A DNA stretch of 64,000 nt from Candidatus Dojkabacteria bacterium (lineage in GTDB: Bacteria; Patescibacteriota; Dojkabacteria; JAHIVN01). The stretch is taken from NCBI GenBank assembly GCA_016932045.1, contig JAFGDO010000010.1:1759-65758 (forward strand), in the 5' to 3' direction. A model generated the notes under the pieces. The model ran no database searches and was not told the origin of the DNA. It saw nothing but the letters and a program-made list of their open reading frames with translations. This document shows positions 58,454 through 64,000 of this stretch, one piece after another. The translations under genes were made by a program, and so were the position numbers. Numbering within the stretch: position 1 is the stretch's first letter; each line of letters begins with the position of its first letter.

Positions 58454-59083
58454 TCATTTTTCACCCATAGGCTGATCCTCCTTTGGCGGAAATTGTTCAT
58501 ATCCATTTCCCTTCACCAATAAAAAAGTTGTATAATTCTTCTTATTATCCTGTAAATTACCTGCAATAACATCCAAGTCATAAATATCCGAAAGGATTTT
58601 CGAACCCATGACTGCTATATTTCTTGGCAGTTTCTTTGCACTCATCTTTTTTGCCACCATTGCATGATCAATTAAATCACCCTTACCGCTCACCTTTTTC
58701 AAATTTGGATACCTTTTAGCCAAAGTAGATTTGCACTGAGCTAAAACTTGAGGATGCGTCATGATTGTATCTATTTCAGCTAATTCTACACCCTTTCTTT
58801 TCATAAGGTAGTGAGAAATAATAATTGAAATCTCTCCGGCTACTTTGAACTTATACCTACCCATTGCATTTATAGATTCGTGCACTATTCCTCCGACTGA
58901 GTTGTGAATAGCAAACAGTCCATAATCTATTTTCCTTTCTTTCAGATGCCGAAGCACTCTTTCGGAAGTATAAAGGTACTTTACTTCATAATCTCTAATC
59001 TTGTGCCTTTCAATATAAGTCATAATGGCTTGCTCATTGAAGCTGCCTCTGCCACCTTGTATTCCGTATAGTACTTTACTCAT
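58454..59083 (-). CDS. Prephenate dehydratase (PDT) domain protein, paralog of 6690..7277.
   Basis: YGIQGGRGSFNEQA, AIHNSVGGIV, THPQVLAQC and NYTTF motifs, with no ACT domain. Confidence 0.75.
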   Translation of the reverse strand: MSKVLYGIQGGRGSFNEQAIMTYIERHKIRDYEVKYLYTSERVLRHLKERKIDYGLFAIHNSVGGIVHESINAMGRYKFKVAGEISIIISHYLMKRKGVELAEIDTIMTHPQVLAQCKSTLAKRYPNLKKVSGKGDLIDHAMVAKKMSAKKLPRNIAVMGSKILSDIYDLDVIAGNLQDNKKNYTTFLLVKGNGYEQFPPKEDQPMGEK

Positions 59084-59150
59084 TTTTCCAGTTTAAAATG
59101 TAAAATTTTATTAGTTTCCCAAATAGATTCTGATCGGCTTCTGTTCTTTT

Positions 59151-59305
59151 CATGTAGAATCCACTATGCTCGTTTACGGATTACGTGCCATGAAGATATC
59201 GCAAGATATTCTTCATGTTTTATCTCTACGAAAATTCCCATCGTTCCACTTGGAAATTTCCTAGAGCTATATAAAAAAACCTCCTTTCGGAGGTCTCTCT
59301 TTTCA
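59151..59305. repeat. Copy A of a ~155-nt conserved structured intergenic element ending in an A-run plus a CCTCC/GGAGG hairpin.
   Basis: It aligns with copy B (62008-62175) and shares GGATTACGTGCC, ACGAAAAT and CTAGAGCTATATAAAAAAACCTCC-TTTC-GGAGG. The internal stem GAAGATATC...GATATTCTTC differs from B's GAAGATCTC...GAGATTCTTC by a compensatory change. Confidence 0.45.
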
Positions 59306-59599
59306 TGCTAAACAGTCGGGTAGAGAACTACCTCCCAAAAAGAAGGTTTGCAAAAAAGAAAAAATTCTTGTTTGCTACTTTAGTTCTCATGGCGCAAATA
59401 TATCAGAAATAATTAACCTAAGTCAACATTTTAATTTAATACATATCAGATATCAAAATCAATCCACTAACCTTATTCATTAAAGTGTTTTTCTAATTGA
59501 TATTAACGATTTATAGGAAATAATCAAATTATTATATAAATCACTAAAAGAGAGGGAAAAAAACAAAAGACAATAAATGATTTATATGTATCAAAATTA

Positions 59600-61126
59600 T
59601 CAATTCTGGTTTTGAAAAACAAAAGGTGGTTTTTTGATATAAATGGTCATTCGATCTTTCTCTGGTTTATATTGACCATAATTGAATAGACTTTGAAAGA
59701 GGTTCCCTTTTAAAGCTTCTCCAAGAGTATAAAGATATATATCTCCCCACGTATGCATACACTTTGGAATATAATCTCTTTTCCCCAAAAAAGATGATCC
59801 CCCTCCGTCTACTCCAGGATTTAAATCTCCTATTGCCCTAGCATAGTCTCCCTCATCAGGGTTCCAAGTAAATCCAAACTCGCTTAAATTCTTGATCTCA
59901 TCTCCTTGCGGTCCAGTTTGTCCAATGCTCCTAAAAACATCTTCAAGTTTTACTTCATTAACTCCTGTTTCATCAGGCAGAATTATTACATTCCCACCAT
60001 CAACGAACAAAGTTCCTCTATCATGATTTCCTCGAGCATATCCAACTGCTACTTTTACTCCTCCTCTCATATCAAACTCACAGTTCCTGATAACAGTAAA
60101 TGATTGTGGGAATACAAATATAATTCCATTATCAGTTCTATCATCAATCACGCCGCATCTTACAAATCTGCAGCTATCTATCATGACGTAACCTGAAAGT
60201 ATATCTATAGCAAAACCTGTTCCCAAACCACTTGGTTCAAGATCACAATCTTCAAACATACAATTTGTAATTCTTGACTGTCTCGTCATCTCAAAAGCAG
60301 TATCGAATGAGAGAGCACCACCACATATTAATCCTTTACAATTTTGGAAAGTACACTTATCAATATTAACCTGAGCTTTACCATGGACAACTATACCACC
60401 ACCATCTACAACGTTCCAAACGGTATATCTTTTATCTGTTCTTGCAATATTAACTTTTTTTGCTCTTGCTCCAGCATGGCCATTTGTAAATCTTACATTT
60501 TCGATTTGTATATCGACACATTCATCTAAGTAACTTCTTCCCTCGCCATCAACATACATACATCTGCATTTCCCTTCTGCATCAAGAATTACTTTCCCTT
60601 GTCCTTCAATTTGAATACCACTATGTCTTGTATCTAGAACTAAAGGCTTTCCGTTTGGATAATATGTTCCTTCTTGTAAAACAACTTTATCTATCCCAGA
60701 TCCTTCTCTTTTTCTATCTCTTGCTATCCAATCAAGAGAATTCTGTAAGGAATATCTTGGATCGTCTTTAGTGCTCTCATCATGAGGCTGAATATTATAA
60801 AACTGATTCCCAGATGAATCTACTTCTATAGTTATATGCCCATCCGGAGGATCTAGTACTCTATCATATTCTCCAGTATTTCTTATATAAGAATCGGGAT
60901 TTGGAACTAGAGCTTCACAATTAGGAAGTCCTACCAAATTTCTTAATAAATTTCTCCTTGAAACACGTGCTTGAGGATCGCTGCATCTACCTTGATCCTC
61001 GGAAGTGAATCTTGGTACTGCAAAACGTGATAATACACATGCAGCAACCGCAATAGCAGCGGCACTAATTGCACCTCTTCTTGAAATAGTCATTATTCCA
61101 TTTTGAGTTTCTTGTTTTTCGATCAT
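59600..61126 (-). CDS. Secreted right-handed parallel beta-helix (pectate-lyase-fold) protein with a Tat-type signal.
   Basis: An N-terminal twin-arginine signal (SRRGAISAAAIAVAACVLS). Repeated PbH1-like turns follow (NCMFEDC, CTFQNCKG, IRNCEFD, NVRFTNGHAG). Confidence 0.6.
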   Translation of the reverse strand: MIEKQETQNGIMTISRRGAISAAAIAVAACVLSRFAVPRFTSEDQGRCSDPQARVSRRNLLRNLVGLPNCEALVPNPDSYIRNTGEYDRVLDPPDGHITIEVDSSGNQFYNIQPHDESTKDDPRYSLQNSLDWIARDRKREGSGIDKVVLQEGTYYPNGKPLVLDTRHSGIQIEGQGKVILDAEGKCRCMYVDGEGRSYLDECVDIQIENVRFTNGHAGARAKKVNIARTDKRYTVWNVVDGGGIVVHGKAQVNIDKCTFQNCKGLICGGALSFDTAFEMTRQSRITNCMFEDCDLEPSGLGTGFAIDILSGYVMIDSCRFVRCGVIDDRTDNGIIFVFPQSFTVIRNCEFDMRGGVKVAVGYARGNHDRGTLFVDGGNVIILPDETGVNEVKLEDVFRSIGQTGPQGDEIKNLSEFGFTWNPDEGDYARAIGDLNPGVDGGGSSFLGKRDYIPKCMHTWGDIYLYTLGEALKGNLFQSLFNYGQYKPEKDRMTIYIKKPPFVFQNQN

Positions 61127-61389
61127 ATATAATTACTATATACACTATTTATATACCTATCTATAACTCAATATCAATGAAAAGATTACATTTAATCCCC
61201 AAAATCCCAGACGAAATCTAGGTAAAAACAAGAGTCTTTACAAGACTAGATGAGAAAGAGGAAGATGAAAAAATTAAAACACTATAGGGTGGGGTAGGGG
61301 AGGAGAAGTAATTATTAGTTCACAAGGATAATGTGCTTCAAAATTCACTTTTTATTAATCTCTCTAATGTATAAACGGATATAAGATTT

Positions 61390-61722
61390 CTATGTCCTTC
61401 TTCCTATTCCTCTCATTATATCATTCGCAGTGTTTGCCAAACGGTGTACAATAACAGGCTCATCCCAATTCATACTAAATTGTACTAAAGCTCCAAAGCC
61501 TTTTCCCTGAATAACATAACATGCAGGACCCAGAGCACAAGTCCTTTGTAGTCTCCACCCCGACAAACTATTCGCTCCGGCTTGTTGGGCAGCCCATATC
61601 TTTTCCTCTAAAATAAATGCTAGTCCTTCAGCTCTGTCAGATGTAAACTTGCCTAAATACTTCATTGCTTCGTTACTATAGCAGACGCATCTTCTTGGAG
61701 CTGATTCTACTTGTTCAATCAT
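61390..61722 (-). CDS. Hypothetical protein (110 aa) in a locally GC-rich segment.
   Basis: An ORF with codon usage distinct from its neighbours and no recognisable motifs. Confidence 0.4.
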   Translation of the reverse strand: MIEQVESAPRRCVCYSNEAMKYLGKFTSDRAEGLAFILEEKIWAAQQAGANSLSGWRLQRTCALGPACYVIQGKGFGALVQFSMNWDEPVIVHRLANTANDIMRGIGRRT

Positions 61723-61759
61723 TAGATTATCATAAAGTCTAATATTGAAAACTACTTTT

Positions 61760-61890
61760 TATGATTACATCGAACACAAACTCATCTCGAAAATAATGTT
61801 TCTAAATTCTTGTTGATTAAGGCATTTTGTTTTATCGAGTGTCATGTCTCTATATTCAAAAAAAAATCCTCCCTTTCGGGAGGATTTTCC
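61760..61890. repeat. Degenerate copy C of the intergenic element family, ending in A9 plus an ATCCTCCC-TTTC-GGGAGGAT hairpin.
   Basis: It shares GATTAC.., CGAAAATA, TTGATTA and TCTATATTCAAAAAAAAATCCTCC with copies A and B. The hairpin plus T9 on the minus strand forms a strong intrinsic-terminator-like structure. Confidence 0.35.
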
Positions 61891-62007
61891 TAAATCTTAT
61901 ATCTATCTTTATACTTAACCCCCCGAAAGGTTACCTTTACTAATAAGGATAATTTCTAGAAGGTTAAGTTTTGAGTTTGATGCTTTGTTCATATTATTTG
62001 TATATCC

Positions 62008-62175
62008 CGTAGAAGCTTCACTTCGTTCAGCTCAACGGGATTACGTGCCCTGAAGATCTCGAAGAGATTCTTCGGGGTTTATCCCCACGAAAATTTGATT
62101 ATTCTAATTTTCATAGTTCTATTTTCTAGATCTATATAAAAAAACCTCCTTTTCAGGAGGTCATCTTTATTTCAG
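62008..62175. repeat. Copy B of the conserved structured intergenic element.
   Basis: See copy A. It ends in CTAGATCTATATAAAAAAACCTCC-TTTTCA-GGAGG. Confidence 0.45.
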
Positions 62176-62188
62176 TTATTTATTTTTT

Positions 62189-62392
62189 TTATTGAGCAGC
62201 TGCGACTTGACCTCCTTGCTCGGCCTGAACCATAAGGAGGATAATAATTACAAAAAATGCTATTACTAAAAATGTCATTACTGAAGTTGTTAGTCGTTTC
62301 ATTTTCTTATAATAATTGGTCAAATTTATGCTAAAAATCAGTTCAAATTGTGAGTTGCGGGGTATTTTACAATTATAGATCATAATTGTCAA
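62189..62392 (-). CDS. Small hydrophobic protein, possibly only about 37 aa from the internal Met.
   Basis: One TM helix (TFLVIAFFVIIILLMV). Its coding status is uncertain. Confidence 0.3.
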   Translation of the reverse strand: MTIMIYNCKIPRNSQFELIFSINLTNYYKKMKRLTTSVMTFLVIAFFVIIILLMVQAEQGGQVAAAQ

Positions 62393-62481
62393 GACCGACT
62401 AGCAAACTGTTATTATTTGCCCCAACCACAGGCCTAAATCGATTTAAGCCTAAGTGTTTCAAACCCCAAAGTTTTAAACAC

Positions 62482-63309
62482 CTATAGTTGAACTATCTCC
62501 ACCTCAAATACATTGGGCCACAACTTGCCAGTAACAAACAGTCTGTCTTTTTCGCTATCGTAAGCAATTCCATTTAACACATCTGCTTCTTGATCTTGAG
62601 TTAGCAAGCCCTCAAAATTAATTCTTCCAAAAACCTCTCCTGTTTCCGGATCTATAATAACTATAAAATCCGTAAGCCAAATATTAGCATAGATTTTTCC
62701 GTCAATATATTCAAGTTCATTTAAATTCTCAACAGCTCCTTCCTCATCATAGACCTCAACTTCTTTTACTTTCTTTAAAGAGCCTGGGTCAAGGTAATAC
62801 AATTTATCTGTTCCATCGCTCATAATTAAATTCTCTCCATCGTGAGTAAGCCCCCACCCCTCAGTAGGATATGAGAATTCCTTAATTAACTCAAAAGTCT
62901 CAAGATCATAAACAAATCCTTTTTTAGACTGCCAGGTGAGTTGAATTATCTGATCATTGAAAATAGTAACTCCTTCACCGAAATATTTTTCTTCCAAATG
63001 AAAGATTTTTACAATTCCTCCTGTTTCAAGTTCCACTTTGCGGACAGTTGACTTCCCGTTCAAACCAGTACCTTCATATAGATATCCATTGTGAAATATT
63101 AGTCCTTGCGTAAAAGCTTCAGAATCATGTGGATATGAATCTAGCACCCTATAGGTGTATTCAGTAAATTCTTCTTCTGAATCTTTCATCTTGACTTCTT
63201 CCTCTTTTCCTTCTCGCTGTTTTGAAAAATAGTACCAAGAACCAAAGCCTGCCAGAAGTACAATTATGATAACAGCAAAAAAAATAAGAAAAATTTTTGC
63301 TACCTTCAT
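62482..63309 (-). CDS. Glutaminyl-peptide cyclotransferase (plant/bacterial beta-propeller type) with an N-terminal TM anchor.
   Basis: FTQGLIFHNGYLYEGTGLNGKSTVRKVELETGG and repeated propeller blades, typical of PF05096. Confidence 0.7.
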   Translation of the reverse strand: MKVAKIFLIFFAVIIIVLLAGFGSWYYFSKQREGKEEEVKMKDSEEEFTEYTYRVLDSYPHDSEAFTQGLIFHNGYLYEGTGLNGKSTVRKVELETGGIVKIFHLEEKYFGEGVTIFNDQIIQLTWQSKKGFVYDLETFELIKEFSYPTEGWGLTHDGENLIMSDGTDKLYYLDPGSLKKVKEVEVYDEEGAVENLNELEYIDGKIYANIWLTDFIVIIDPETGEVFGRINFEGLLTQDQEADVLNGIAYDSEKDRLFVTGKLWPNVFEVEIVQL

Positions 63310-63497
63310 TTTTAATTCTAAATTATTAATTTGTTTACATTATTATATTAGATTTCACACTTGTTAGGCAAAGGAATGTATCTTTAACTATCAAATTGAA
63401 TCATCTCGATCATTCAATCGTTTCTCGCCCATTGACACTACTATAAGGCTTGATATAATCAGAAAAACCCGTGGATTATTTATTAGCAACATAATCA

Positions 63498-63773
63498 ATG
63501 TCAAATATTAGTCCAGAAGCTACATCAACTATAGAGGCTCAACAAACCATAAATGTTTTCGGAGAAAATGATTGGGATGTTATAGGTCAAATCGAAGCTG
63601 GACAAGAATTCCAGGTTGATCCTGATGATACTTGCTCTTTGTTCGGTGAAAATGATGGACTAAAAGTCTCATGTGGACAACTTGTCGGATGGGCTTCAAG
63701 AAGCGAAATATATCCTGATGGTGAACAAGTACAAACTCCTGAAGCTGGACCGCCAAGTCTTGTTGAACCATAG
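63498..63773 (+). CDS. Hypothetical small acidic protein in a relatively GC-rich segment.
   Basis: A 91-aa ORF with no recognisable motif. Confidence 0.3.
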   Translation: MSNISPEATSTIEAQQTINVFGENDWDVIGQIEAGQEFQVDPDDTCSLFGENDGLKVSCGQLVGWASRSEIYPDGEQVQTPEAGPPSLVEP

Positions 63774-63811
63774 GATACTCTGAATAAGAGGATTAGACAT
63801 TACTTCCAAAT

Positions 63812-64000
63812 TTACTCATCTTTCAACATCACCCCATGAGCCTTCATGCCTCGCGCAACTTGGATAGCACCTTCAACTTCATCTAAAATTGACAAAGGAC
63901 TTTGCCATCTCGGATCAGAGAATGCCATTCCAGCCACTTGTAATACCAGATCTCCTTCAGGTAATTGCAATTCTTCATCATCACAATCTTCTTCCGGCAT
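63812..64000 (-). CDS. Hypothetical protein; the ORF runs to the window edge and its start is undetermined.
   Basis: The ORF reaches the window edge. The ATG at 63998-64000 may be a coincidental terminal start or an internal Met of a longer ORF continuing beyond the window. Confidence 0.25.
   Translation of the reverse strand: MPEEDCDDEELQLPEGDLVLQVAGMAFSDPRWQSPLSILDEVEGAIQVARGMKAHGVMLKDE

Noticed and set aside
59151-59305. A 32-aa peptide ORF (MLVYGLRAMKISQDILHVLSLRKFPSFHLEIS) within repeat element A.
   Set aside because: The homologous copy B differs by indels that are not multiples of three, so the element is not conserved as a coding sequence.
1-64000. CRISPR array, cas genes, integrase or transposase genes, and a DGR reverse transcriptase near the Avd-like four-helix-bundle genes.
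   Set aside because: No regularly spaced direct repeats with unique spacers are present. No ORF shows transposase DDE, recombinase or RT (YxDD) motifs, so the four-helix-bundle genes are treated as standalone.

Overview
This window is from a low-GC (~35%) bacterium with a compact gene arrangement. Most of it is housekeeping and cell-envelope genes: ABC ATPases, dgkA, adenosine deaminase, alaS, glmS-yvcK, a GT2 glycosyltransferase, two class-A PBP (PBP1A-type) paralogs, murB, mutL, an M16 peptidase, a DHH/NrnA phosphoesterase, clpP, a tRNA-Val, the thrS-infC-rpmI-rplT ... pheS-pheT cluster, two PDT-domain paralogs and a glutaminyl cyclase. Many additional genes encode membrane or surface proteins. 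Several core proteins are shortened (AlaRS 644 aa, ThrRS without the TGS domain) and the tRNA has no encoded CCA; this is consistent with, but does not prove, a reduced-genome lineage (CPR-like). I found no CRISPR array, transposase, integrase or reverse transcriptase. The unusual content is:
1. A ~6 kb block of three paralogous minus-strand surface-protein genes splits the conserved thrS-infC-rpmI-rplT / pheS-pheT cluster. The block encodes a 1258-aa Amidase_2 peptidoglycan hydrolase with Cys-rich repeats and a protein with an LPSTG sorting signal.
2. A ~1260-aa repeat-containing surface protein gene is interrupted by a single in-frame TAA at a position that is CAA in the paralogous repeat.
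3. A PadR regulator, a HAAS/DUF4097-type membrane protein and a MacB-type ABC transporter form one module with a four-helix-bundle (Avd/PF05635-like) gene between the ATPase and permease; a decayed second copy lies near 2.2 kb.
4. A candidate T-box leader with an ACC (Thr) specifier lies upstream of thrS.
5. infC appears to use a non-AUG start codon.
6. A family of three homologous ~150-nt intergenic elements with compensatory stem changes lies between 59 and 62 kb.
7. Several short palindromic and intergenic repeat families recur, and a few segments are GC-rich relative to the rest of the window.
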